The notes under the pieces are model-generated. The model was not told the origin of the DNA and made no database searches. It was given only the letters and a program-made list of their open reading frames with translations. 44,681 nucleotides of DNA from Gammaproteobacteria bacterium (GTDB lineage Bacteria; Pseudomonadota; Gammaproteobacteria; GCA-001735895). The DNA lies in contig JAACFA010000035.1 of assembly GCA_009937625.1 (NCBI GenBank), positions 1 to 44,681 on the forward strand, read 5' to 3'. The position numbers and the translations under genes were made by a program. Positions 10,216 to 19,212 of the stretch are shown here, one piece after another; positions within the stretch are counted from its first letter, which is position 1, and each line of letters starts with the position of its first letter.

Positions 10216-10427
10216 AACGCGAATTACCGGCGAAATTGTCCAAAAAAAGGTGCCAGAGGTCTTGTCTTGGCTGACCGGATGGGTATACCATGGCGGCCTG
10301 TCGGGTTCACCCAAACGTCAGGCCGGGCGGCGAAAACCAGAGATTCCCGAAGAATAACCACAGATCGGGCGCTGCCCTGGTAGAACCGAAGAGAAAAAAA
10401 TATTGGTCTTAAACCGTGGAGGGCAAA

Positions 10428-11894
10428 ATGACTGATTTAGAAGCATGCGTCGAAGCACCAGGCCGCGCGGAGCTGGTGCAGCAGGTCCGGGAAAAAATCA
10501 ACGAACTCGGAATCACCTACATCTATTACCAGTTCATCTCGGTAACGGGTCGGATCGTCGGTAAGGGTATTCCGGCCGATCACTGGGAGCGAACCGCGGA
10601 AAGAGGCTTTCAGCTGGTTTACGGCTCTACCGCCAACCTTTTTATCGATCGCCACGGCGATTACATCGGTTACGGACCGGAAGCGATGGAGCTGGTCGGT
10701 ATTCCCGATCCCGAAACTTTCTGTCAGTTGCCCTGGGATAAGCGCGTCGCGCGCGTGTTCTGCACCTGTTACCGCAACCGTGAAGAGCGCGAGAACCCGG
10801 GTGGCGCACTGACTTCCGATTGCCGCGGCAACCTGAAGCGATTCCACAAGGAATTCCGGGACAAGTACGACATGGATTTCCGCGTCGGTACCGAGCCGGA
10901 GATGATGTGGCTGAAGCGTGGTGAAGACGGCAAACCCGACGGCGGTTTCTCGAATCCCTACTGTTACCACATCGACCAGTTCGAATCGCTGCGCCCGGTA
11001 TTCATGCAGGTGATCGAGTACTGTAACGCGATGGGCCTCGACATGATCCAGGGCGATCACGAGGATGCACCGGGACAGCTCGAACTCAACTGGACCTTCG
11101 ATGACGTGCTGCGTAACGCCGACCGCCTGTCGACCTATCGCCAGATTTGCGCCCAGGTGGCGCGCGAAAACAACCTGATCGCCTGCTTCATGACCAAGCC
11201 GTTCATGGGCGTATCGGCGTCGGGTTGCCATACCAATGTATCGTTGTGGCAAGGCGGGGAGGAGAGCATCAACGCGCTGCACAACGATCCGCTGCCGGGT
11301 ATGGAAGGCGTGTTTACCTACCGCACCGGCGGGGAAAACCTGTTCATGCCGGACACTGACGATATGCAGAAGCCGGGCAAGGTCGGCCTGCAGTGCGTTG
11401 GCGGTATCGTCAATCACCTGCGAGCGCTAACGGCAATCGGTTCCTCGACGGTGAATTCTTATCGTCGCCTGTGGGATACCGGTTTCTGGGCGCCTGTATT
11501 TGCCGATTGGGGTTACCAGAACCGCACTACCGGCCTGCGCATTTCAGCACCGGGCCGCTTCGAGTATCGCTCGGTCGACTCGATGTGTAATCCTTACCTG
11601 ATGGGTGCCGGCTTGCTCAAGGCATTCGAGGATGGTATCGACAACGATATCGATCCCGGGGAGCCGGAGAACCGGAATATCTACCAGGCGATGGAAGCCG
11701 GCAAGGAAGTCAAGAAGCTGCCGATGTCGCTCGGCGAGGCGCTCGACGCCCTGGCCCAGGACGAGGTTATCAAGTCAGCTATGCCGAACGAGATGTACAA
11801 GATCTACCACTGGTACAAGAACGACGAGTGGGAGAAATTCATGCATACCACGACCGAGTGGGACCTGGAGATGTATCTCGACTGCCTGCCATAG
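10428..11894 (+). CDS. Glutamine synthetase-like gamma-glutamyl-amine ligase (non-canonical, distant GmaS paralog)
   Basis: GS motifs GTEPE, DHEDAPGQLE, FMTKP..SGCH, NSYRRL, NR..LRI and RFEYR. The glutamate-flap position is W (WAP) and there is no FDGSS. ATG at 10428 follows GGAGG. Confidence 0.85.
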   Translation: MTDLEACVEAPGRAELVQQVREKINELGITYIYYQFISVTGRIVGKGIPADHWERTAERGFQLVYGSTANLFIDRHGDYIGYGPEAMELVGIPDPETFCQLPWDKRVARVFCTCYRNREERENPGGALTSDCRGNLKRFHKEFRDKYDMDFRVGTEPEMMWLKRGEDGKPDGGFSNPYCYHIDQFESLRPVFMQVIEYCNAMGLDMIQGDHEDAPGQLELNWTFDDVLRNADRLSTYRQICAQVARENNLIACFMTKPFMGVSASGCHTNVSLWQGGEESINALHNDPLPGMEGVFTYRTGGENLFMPDTDDMQKPGKVGLQCVGGIVNHLRALTAIGSSTVNSYRRLWDTGFWAPVFADWGYQNRTTGLRISAPGRFEYRSVDSMCNPYLMGAGLLKAFEDGIDNDIDPGEPENRNIYQAMEAGKEVKKLPMSLGEALDALAQDEVIKSAMPNEMYKIYHWYKNDEWEKFMHTTTEWDLEMYLDCLP

Positions 11895-12002
11895 GCCGGT
11901 TTCGATCGAATCAAGCCCGGCGCCGGCCCCTGGCCGCGCCGGGAGTATTAACCAGGGGCTGCCCCGGTAGCCCGACTGTTAAAACTAGAAGAGGATATTC
12001 CT

Positions 12003-12941
12003 ATGTGTGGTATTGCTGGACTTATCTGGAAAGGCGGTGTTACCAGTGATATCGGTAGCGAGATGACCCAGATGCTGCAGGCGCTGAAGCATCGGGGGCC
12101 GGACTCGACCGGTTTTGCGCTCTACGGTAAAGGCGAGGAAGGCGTATACGTGTTGCGCTTCAAGGTTGCCGAGCAGGAAGACATGAAAACCGGCTTCGAT
12201 ATTCACAAGCAGGTGATCGAGCGCAAGGCGATGGTCGACACAAGGCTCGAGGAAATGGGTGCCGACGTTACCGCGCGCGAAGATGCGACCGAGTACGCCT
12301 TCCGCTATCACTTCAAATTCGGCGGCGACCTGAAGCGCCTGATCGATTTCATCGAGGACATCGAGGGGGTTGAAATCCTGTCGGTGGGCAAGGGCCTCGA
12401 ACTGATCAAGGACCTGGGTGATGCGGCCATCGTTGCCGAACAATACGGTCTGAAGGGTTTCGTCGGAACCCACGCCATTGGCCATACCCGCATGGCAACC
12501 GAATCCGACGTGGATATTCGCTCGGCCCACCCCTACTGGGCTTACCCGTTCAACGACGTTTCGGTGGTACACAACGGCCAGTTGACCAATTACTGGACGA
12601 AACGCCGCGACCTGGAGCGGCGCGGTCATCGTTTCATGTCGAACTGCGACTCCGAACTGATTGCGGTTTACGTTGCCGATCGTATCGACCAGGGCGACGA
12701 GCTCGAATCGGCGATGTCGCGTTCGATCGATGAACTCGACGGCGTGTTTACTTACCTGGTCGCCACCAGCGATCAGCTCGGCATGGCCAAGGACGTCATG
12801 GCAGCCAAGCCGATGGTGCTTTACGAGAGTGACGAATTCGTCGGCCTGGCTTCGGAAGAAGTAGCCATTCGCAGTATTTTCCCGCGTGAAATAGACACCT
12901 GGGATCCTTATCAAGGGGAGGTAAAAGTATGGGCAGCGTAA
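12003..12941 (+). CDS. mgsA: Class II glutamine amidotransferase, MgsA/GlxB-like subunit (cassette 1)
   Basis: N-terminal MCGIAG, HRGPDSTG, GHTRMATES, AHP, HNGQ, DSE and KPMVLYE. Confidence 0.85.
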   Translation: MCGIAGLIWKGGVTSDIGSEMTQMLQALKHRGPDSTGFALYGKGEEGVYVLRFKVAEQEDMKTGFDIHKQVIERKAMVDTRLEEMGADVTAREDATEYAFRYHFKFGGDLKRLIDFIEDIEGVEILSVGKGLELIKDLGDAAIVAEQYGLKGFVGTHAIGHTRMATESDVDIRSAHPYWAYPFNDVSVVHNGQLTNYWTKRRDLERRGHRFMSNCDSELIAVYVADRIDQGDELESAMSRSIDELDGVFTYLVATSDQLGMAKDVMAAKPMVLYESDEFVGLASEEVAIRSIFPREIDTWDPYQGEVKVWAA

Positions 12942-13765
12942 CTACATCCCATGAAATGGGGCTGCACGAGGAGCAGCTGTCGGGTCGCACCCAGCAGATG
13001 TATTTCTCGGCGACCGAGGAAGAAAACTTTACTTATCCGTGGGCCTACGAGGTCGACTACGACAAGTCCGCCGAGTTCGACGCGGCGGACATGGGCATCT
13101 CGGAGATCAACCTCAAGATCCGCGAACTGATGAAGTCGGGTCACGGTTCGATAACCGTGCAGAACCCGCGCGCCAAGCATTCACTCGGGGTCGGTATCCT
13201 GAATCGCCTCAACCTGAAGTTCGAAGGCAGCCTGGGTTATTTCGGCTGCGGCCTGATTGACGGGCCCAACGTGCACATCACCGGCCGCGTCGGCTGGTCC
13301 TGCGCCGAGAACATGATGGCCGGTACCGTGGTCATCGAAAAGAACGCGGGCTCGCTGTTCGGCGCCGCGATCCGCGGCGGCGACCTGGTGTGCAGGGGTC
13401 AGGCCGGCGCGCGCGTCGGCATCGATCAGAAGGGCGGCACTATCATCGTCGGCGGCAGCGTCGGCGCCTTTACCGGCTTCATGATGCAGCGCGGTCGCAT
13501 GATCATCCTCGGCGATACCGGCGACAACCTCGGCGACTCGATGTATGACGGCACCATCTACGTGGCCGGCAAGATCGCGAGCCTGGGCGTCGACTGCGTC
13601 GAAACCGAGTTGACCGATCTCGACAGGAAATACCTGCAGGGCAAGCTCGACCTCTACGGCATGGAAGCGCCCAACGGTATCGACAGCATCGTCAAGCTGA
13701 CGTCGGGCAAGCAGTTGTGGAACTACGACAACCTCGAGCCCACCGAGAAAAAGCTGGTGCTCTAG
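12929..13765 (+). CDS. mgsB: GXGXG beta-helix protein, MgsB/GlxC-like subunit (cassette 1)
   Basis: Gly-rich repeats (GSLGYFGCG, GRVGWSCAENMMAG, GARVGIDQKGG, GDSMYDG) with an N-terminal extension of about 45 aa. It overlaps the mgsA stop and has a GGAGG RBS. Confidence 0.85.
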   Translation: MGSVTTSHEMGLHEEQLSGRTQQMYFSATEEENFTYPWAYEVDYDKSAEFDAADMGISEINLKIRELMKSGHGSITVQNPRAKHSLGVGILNRLNLKFEGSLGYFGCGLIDGPNVHITGRVGWSCAENMMAGTVVIEKNAGSLFGAAIRGGDLVCRGQAGARVGIDQKGGTIIVGGSVGAFTGFMMQRGRMIILGDTGDNLGDSMYDGTIYVAGKIASLGVDCVETELTDLDRKYLQGKLDLYGMEAPNGIDSIVKLTSGKQLWNYDNLEPTEKKLVL

Positions 13766-13792
13766 GCATCACCGAGAATTTGGAGAATACAG

Positions 13793-15133
13793 ATGTCCGA
13801 AAAAAAGAAAGATCCATATAACCTCGGCAAGAGCTTCATCTTTCCGCCCGAGGTTATCAACGATATCCACATCAAGTCGGAGCTGGGACGTTACCGCATG
13901 CGCGGTTTCTCGCTGTTCAAGAAAATCCCGACCTGGGACGACCTGACCTTCATGCCGGGCACGCTGACCCGATTCGTGATCGAGGGTTACCGCGAAAAAT
14001 GTCTGACCAAGACCATTATCGGCCCGGAAGCGAAACGTCCGCTGGAACTCGATATACCGGTATACATCACCGGTATGTCCTTCGGCGCGCTTTCTTACGA
14101 GGCCAAGACGGCCCTGGCGCGCGGCGCGACCATGGCCGGCACCGCGACCTGCTCCGGCGAAGGCGGCATGATACCTGACGAGCGCCGTTATTCGTCGAAG
14201 TGGCTGTACCAGTGCATCCAGTCGCGTTACGGCTTCAATCCGAACCACCTGCGGCTGGCCGATGCCTGCGAATTTTTTATCGGCCAGGGCTGTAAGGTTG
14301 GCCTCGGCGGCCACCTGATGGGGCAGAAGGTCACCGACCAGGTCGCCGAAATGCGCTCGCTGCCGGCCGGTATCGACCAGCGTTCGCCGGCGCGCCATCC
14401 AGACTGGATGGGTCCGGATGACCTGGCGCTCAAGATCCAGGAAGTTCGCGAGGCTACCGATGGACAGATTCCGATCCAGCTCAAGCTCGGCGCGGCGCGG
14501 GTTTACGACGACGTGCGCATGGCGGCTAAAACGGGGCCAGACTCGATTTACATGGATGGCATGGAAGGTGGTACCGGCGCCGGGCCGCACCTGGCGACCG
14601 AGGATACCGGGGTTCCGGGTATTGCCGCGATTCGCCAGGCGCGCCAGGCGCTCGACGATGTCGGCATGTCGGGCCGTATTACGCTGGTTTACGCCGGGGG
14701 TATCCGCAACGGCGCCGACGTCGCCAAGGCGATCGCGCTGGGCGCGGACGCGGTGGCCATCGGCCACTCGGCGATGATGGCGCTGAACTGCAACAAGGAT
14801 ATCCCGGAAGCCGATTACGAGAAGGAAATGGGCGTCGAAGCCGGTTACTGTTACCACTGCCATACCGGTCGTTGCCCGGTGGGCGTTGCCACCCAGGATC
14901 CCGAGTTGCGCAAGCGTCTGGATCCCGACGAGGCGGCCGAGCGGGTCTATAATTTCCTGCACACGCTGACCATCGAGGCGCAGCTGTTCGCACGCGCCTG
15001 CGGCAAGACCAACATCCATTCGCTGGAGCCGGAAGACCTGGCGGCATTGACGCTCGAGGCCTCGGCCTGCGCGCAGGTGCCGATGGCCGGTACTCAATAC
15101 ACCGTCGGTCGCCCCGACATGACTCGTTTCTAA
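13793..15133 (+). CDS. mgsC: FMN-binding glutamate synthase family protein, MgsC/GlxD-like (cassette 1)
   Basis: GMSFGALS, SGEGGM, GQGCKVGLGGHL, SPARHPDW, DGMEGGTGA, GGIRNGADVAKAIALGADAV, CYHCHTGRCPVG and LEPEDL. Confidence 0.88.
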   Translation: MSEKKKDPYNLGKSFIFPPEVINDIHIKSELGRYRMRGFSLFKKIPTWDDLTFMPGTLTRFVIEGYREKCLTKTIIGPEAKRPLELDIPVYITGMSFGALSYEAKTALARGATMAGTATCSGEGGMIPDERRYSSKWLYQCIQSRYGFNPNHLRLADACEFFIGQGCKVGLGGHLMGQKVTDQVAEMRSLPAGIDQRSPARHPDWMGPDDLALKIQEVREATDGQIPIQLKLGAARVYDDVRMAAKTGPDSIYMDGMEGGTGAGPHLATEDTGVPGIAAIRQARQALDDVGMSGRITLVYAGGIRNGADVAKAIALGADAVAIGHSAMMALNCNKDIPEADYEKEMGVEAGYCYHCHTGRCPVGVATQDPELRKRLDPDEAAERVYNFLHTLTIEAQLFARACGKTNIHSLEPEDLAALTLEASACAQVPMAGTQYTVGRPDMTRF

Positions 15134-15144
15134 GGAGGTCGAAA

Positions 15145-15534
15145 ATGACTGAACTCAGTATTAACCATTTCCTCGAGGGCGACGGCGTCGATACCGAGCG
15201 CGAGAAAATCATCGGTCAACACATCGGCTACCGTTACGATGTGAACCTGGTGCCGGATATGGATCGCTGTACGCCATTCCTGCGCAAGTACATGGAGATC
15301 ATGGGCTGGCAGGACCTGAACTGGCTCGAAGACGTGCACATGGGATACGAGGAAGGGCGGCCCGCGGTGTTCGATCGCAATATCAACGGCTGGGTGACCA
15401 TCCCGGAAGATATCGAACTGCCGGATAACCAGCAGGACCGTGACATGATTGCGCGCGAACTGCTGGTCAAGTTCCAGATGGCAAAGGGACATCCGATGGT
15501 CGATCTGCGCAAGGCTTACGAAAAGTTTGCCTGA
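15145..15534 (+). CDS. Hypothetical soluble 129-aa protein, last gene of cassette 1
   Basis: AAGGAGG RBS overlapping the mgsC stop (11-nt gap); codon style matches the operon; no recognisable domain. Confidence 0.8.
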   Translation: MTELSINHFLEGDGVDTEREKIIGQHIGYRYDVNLVPDMDRCTPFLRKYMEIMGWQDLNWLEDVHMGYEEGRPAVFDRNINGWVTIPEDIELPDNQQDRDMIARELLVKFQMAKGHPMVDLRKAYEKFA

Positions 15535-15788
15535 GGAAAGCGGTGATAAGTGAATAAAATTAACGATTACCGGGGTTTCCAGTAATCCTTTTTTGTTTGG
15601 AAACTGACTGACGGCTCTTTAAATCTTAATTGATAAGGATCGTTGGTATAGGGTATAAAGATGTTTGATTTCTTTCGGGTGGTTAGGGCTTCCTGTGAAG
15701 GAGACTAGTCGCCTGGATTTAGATCAGTCGGATCTTATCCGGCAGTACGCTAGTATAAATTACAATCCTATAACAGAGGGGGGGGAAA

Positions 15789-17153
15789 ATGGATAACGAA
15801 CTATCGTCGCTCGTTATAATATTTACCGAGTTTTATTATTGGGTCACCGTCGTGTTCATGTTCCTGATACACGTCGGTTTCTGTATGTACGAGGTTGGCG
15901 CCTCACGCTATAAAAACCACACGCACACCCTGATGAAGAACACCATGCTTATCCCGCTGGTGACGATTACATTCTTCTTCTTTGGCTGGTGGATTTACTT
16001 TGCGGCCACACCCTGGAGCGAGCTGATGGGCACGCATATGGGTGGCGCGCCGGTTCAGGATACCCTGACCGCCGACGATACCGCCTATTGGGCGCGCATC
16101 AACGGTGTATTCTGGGCCGCATTCCTGCTGTTCTCCTGGACTGCTGCTTCGATCGTCTCCGGCGCCGTCATCGAGCGTATTCGTCCCAGCGCGTTCTGGA
16201 TCCTGGCCGTTGTGATCGGTTCTTTTACCTGGATCATCGACGCCTCATGGGGCTGGTCGTGGAACGGCTGGATGGTGCAAAAGCTGGGATACCACGATGC
16301 TTATGCTTCCGGCGTTATCCACGCGATCGCCGGTGGTTTTGCGCTTGGCGTGTTACTGGTACTGGGTCCGCGCATCGGCAAATTCCGTGCGGACGGCACG
16401 CCGAGAAATATCAATCCGCATAATCCGTGGCTGGTAACCATCGGGTTGTTCCTGATCTATACCGGCTTCTGGGGCTTTTACGTGGCCTGTAATATTCCCG
16501 TGATCGACGTATACGGCGGGGCCATGCTGGATGTGGAGGGTAAAACCTTCTTCAGCGCCACCAACATTTATTTACAGCCGACGACGCTATCCGCGATTAC
16601 CTTCAACTTTCTGATGTCGCTATCGGGCGGTTTGATGGTGGCGTATATCGTTTCCAATGGTGATGCATTCTGGACCTACTCCGGTGGTCTGGCCGGCGTT
16701 ATCGGCGCATCCTCGGGCAACGACCTGTATCACCCCATCCAGGCCATGCTGATTGGCGGCGGCGGCGCATTCATCGCCTTCAAGATGCATTACTGGGTTG
16801 AAAACAGGTTCAAGATCGACGATGCCGTAGGCGCGGTCGCGGTCCATGGTTATGCCGGTTTTTACGGTATCGTCATGGCCGGATTCATGCTGTGGGGCTA
16901 CCCGTCGTCGCCGTTCGAGGGTTATGCGGCCATTTCCCCATGGGGCAATTTCCTCGGCGCATTGATCATGTTCTTCGTACTGGGTTTTTTCCCGGCGCTG
17001 ATCGTCTCGAAGATCCTGCACGGTTTCGGCATGCTGCGTATCCCGCGCGAAATCGAACTGGTTGGCCTGGATATCAACTATGAATCGGCGCGTGCCGCCG
17101 ATGCCGACGAAGTGGCACAGGCAATTCGGGAAGAAGCCCGTAACAGCGCCTGA
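15789..17153 (+). CDS. amt: Amt/Mep/Rh-family transporter 1 (divergent; probable methylamine-type substrate)
   Basis: About 11 TM segments; GFCMYEVG, SGAVIERI, HDAYASGVIH, LGPRIGKF and KIDDAVGAVAVHG (twin-His retained). Confidence 0.88.
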   Translation: MDNELSSLVIIFTEFYYWVTVVFMFLIHVGFCMYEVGASRYKNHTHTLMKNTMLIPLVTITFFFFGWWIYFAATPWSELMGTHMGGAPVQDTLTADDTAYWARINGVFWAAFLLFSWTAASIVSGAVIERIRPSAFWILAVVIGSFTWIIDASWGWSWNGWMVQKLGYHDAYASGVIHAIAGGFALGVLLVLGPRIGKFRADGTPRNINPHNPWLVTIGLFLIYTGFWGFYVACNIPVIDVYGGAMLDVEGKTFFSATNIYLQPTTLSAITFNFLMSLSGGLMVAYIVSNGDAFWTYSGGLAGVIGASSGNDLYHPIQAMLIGGGGAFIAFKMHYWVENRFKIDDAVGAVAVHGYAGFYGIVMAGFMLWGYPSSPFEGYAAISPWGNFLGALIMFFVLGFFPALIVSKILHGFGMLRIPREIELVGLDINYESARAADADEVAQAIREEARNSA

Positions 17154-17190
17154 TCGCATACCGTTAACAGATTACTGAGGAGAAAATACC

Positions 17191-17439
17191 ATGGCTACTG
17201 GAGCAGTTGATAATTGGCTCAATATTGATCAGTTCGGCGCAATCTATCCCTTCGTTGGCACGGAAGTATTATTGACGATTCTGGGATTTGCTTTCTGGAT
17301 CGGCTGGCATATCTACCAGTTGAAGAAGGAATCAGCCGAATTCAGGGAAGATATTGAAAACATCAAAAAGCAGGGCGGCCCCGGGAAAGTCCTCGAGGAC
17401 GAGGGCCGACGGGAAATGGAGGATACCGTGGGCCAGTAA
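17191..17439 (+). CDS. Small single-TM protein downstream of Amt 1
   Basis: GAGGAG RBS; 82 aa with one hydrophobic helix (VLLTILGFAFWIGWHIY) and a charged tail; followed by a terminator. Confidence 0.75.
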   Translation: MATGAVDNWLNIDQFGAIYPFVGTEVLLTILGFAFWIGWHIYQLKKESAEFREDIENIKKQGGPGKVLEDEGRREMEDTVGQ

Positions 17440-17475
17440 ACGCCCGTGGTATGCCGCCGCGTTTGTAGTAACCAG

Positions 17476-17505
17476 ACCCCTTCGATTTCGGTCGAAGGGG
17501 TTTTC
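17476..17505 (+). terminator. Rho-independent terminator
   Basis: ACCCCTTCGAT-TTCG-GTCGAAGGGGT followed by TTTC. Confidence 0.7.
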
Positions 17506-17525
17506 ATTATCTCCCCGGGTATTTG

Positions 17526-18026
17526 ATGATAAAAGATGCGCTCTCGGCTATACCGAGCCGGCCGGTCCTGTATATCGCGCCCGTTATCGTGATCGTGGTG
17601 CTGCTGCTTTATTACCGGGACCTGTATATCAAGTGCAGCGATATCAGGCAGCATCGTGAGTCACTAAACGAGTTGATACCGACACTGGACGCATCGGCGC
17701 AATTTCGGCTGGCGGAGTTCACCGGGTTTCGCTGGGATAAGGTCAGGATCATTGCGAAGCTCGAACCCGATGTCAGAACTGTCGAATGTCCCTTCGGCTG
17801 GAACTGGGTCAGTGGCCAAAGGGAATCGCTCGCAAATGCCGGATTATTGAGCGCATTGATATTTGCCCAGCAGGGCACGATCGTAAAATATCTCGAAGTG
17901 CGCAATGACGAAGTCGCGTTTCGTGGCGCCGACTCCAGTTTAACCCCGCAAACCGCGGTTTTTAGTGTCGCTACGAATTCCGATAGCGGCAGCGCCGTTG
18001 CTCTGATATTGAATAAAAAAAACTAG
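17526..18026 (+). CDS. Hypothetical membrane-anchored protein
   Basis: About 166 aa with one N-terminal TM helix (VLYIAPVIVIVVLLLYY); lower GC than neighbours. Confidence 0.6.
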   Translation: MIKDALSAIPSRPVLYIAPVIVIVVLLLYYRDLYIKCSDIRQHRESLNELIPTLDASAQFRLAEFTGFRWDKVRIIAKLEPDVRTVECPFGWNWVSGQRESLANAGLLSALIFAQQGTIVKYLEVRNDEVAFRGADSSLTPQTAVFSVATNSDSGSAVALILNKKN

Positions 18027-18251
18027 AGTCGTCGGAATATTCGGGCCGTTCCTGTGCAGCCCAAACATTGAAACAAGGTCGCCACAGGCAATCTCTATTT
18101 TCGAACCATGTTGCCGGCTTATCGGTACAGAAGATGTCGCTTTGGCGATGTTTTACCGATACGATAATCGTAAAATTGAGTGTGCGGTTCACGCGGCCGG
18201 GTCGCGCATCATAGCGCCGACATTCTAACTTGCTAACTGGGGGAATCAAAT

Positions 18252-19130
18252 TTGGCCACAATCATCGACGGCAAAGCATTTTCGGCTAACCTGCGCGGCG
18301 AAATCGCGCGCAAGGTTGCAATTCTCAAGCAGAATCATGCGCTGACGCCCGGACTCGCGGTAGTCCTGGTGGGGGAAGATCCGGCCAGCCAGGTTTACGT
18401 GCGCAGCAAGGGCAAGCAAACCGCCGAGGCGGGCATGAATTCCTACGAGCACAAGCTCGACGCGGCTACCAGTCAGGCAGATCTGCTGAGCTTGATCGAC
18501 CGGCTCAACGACGACCCCGACGTGCACGGCATCCTGGTGCAACTGCCCCTCCCGGGCCATATCGACGAGGAAGCGGTGATCAACTCGATTTCGGTAGACA
18601 AGGATGTCGATGGATTTCACCTTTCCAATGTCGGCAGGTTATCGATCGGCGCCGACGGTATCGTGCCCTGTACCCCTCTCGGTTCGTTGATGATGCTCAA
18701 GGATCATCTCGGCGACCTGTCGGGCATGAAGGCCATCGTCGTTGGCCGCTCCAACATCGTTGGCAAGCCAATGGCGGCACTCCTGTTAAAGGAAAGCTGC
18801 ACGGTGACGATCGCGCATTCGCGCACCCGCGACCTTCCCGGCGAATGCCGCCAGGCCGATATCCTGGTGGCCGCGGTCGGACGACCGGAAATGATCAAGG
18901 GTGACTGGATCAAGCCCGGCGCCACGGTAATCGACGTCGGTATCAACCGCATCGAAAACGAAGACGGCAGTACGCGCCTGGTGGGCGACGTCGAGTTCGA
19001 TAGCGCCGCCGAGGTTGCCGCTGCGATTACGCCGGTGCCCGGTGGCGTCGGTCCGATGACCATTGCCTGCCTGTTGCACAATACTATGCAGCAGGCCTGC
19101 CGGTTGAATGGCGTCGAGGTGCCGGAGTAA
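18252..19130 (+). CDS. folD: Bifunctional methylene-THF dehydrogenase/cyclohydrolase
   Basis: [55 protein letters not shown] and [11 protein letters not shown]; TTG start. Confidence 0.96.
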   Translation: MATIIDGKAFSANLRGEIARKVAILKQNHALTPGLAVVLVGEDPASQVYVRSKGKQTAEAGMNSYEHKLDAATSQADLLSLIDRLNDDPDVHGILVQLPLPGHIDEEAVINSISVDKDVDGFHLSNVGRLSIGADGIVPCTPLGSLMMLKDHLGDLSGMKAIVVGRSNIVGKPMAALLLKESCTVTIAHSRTRDLPGECRQADILVAAVGRPEMIKGDWIKPGATVIDVGINRIENEDGSTRLVGDVEFDSAAEVAAAITPVPGGVGPMTIACLLHNTMQQACRLNGVEVPE

Positions 19131-19212
19131 GGCGGGCCGGTTCTGTTCGAGGTCCATCTAGCCTGTTAAACATGGTAAATTCGGGTCGTTTCGTACCTGT
19201 GCCGGGCTGCTT

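Noticed and set aside
9955-10383. Small ORFs in the gntR-ligase intergenic region (10118-10357, 10159-10383)
   Set aside because: No clear RBS, atypical composition, and overlap with the likely promoter/operator region.
10428-15133. Ordinary GS/GOGAT ammonia assimilation operon (glnA-gltB)
   Set aside because: The ligase lacks the FDGSS Asp and the flap Glu, and the synthase is in the split MgsABC/GlxBCD form inside a methylamine island.
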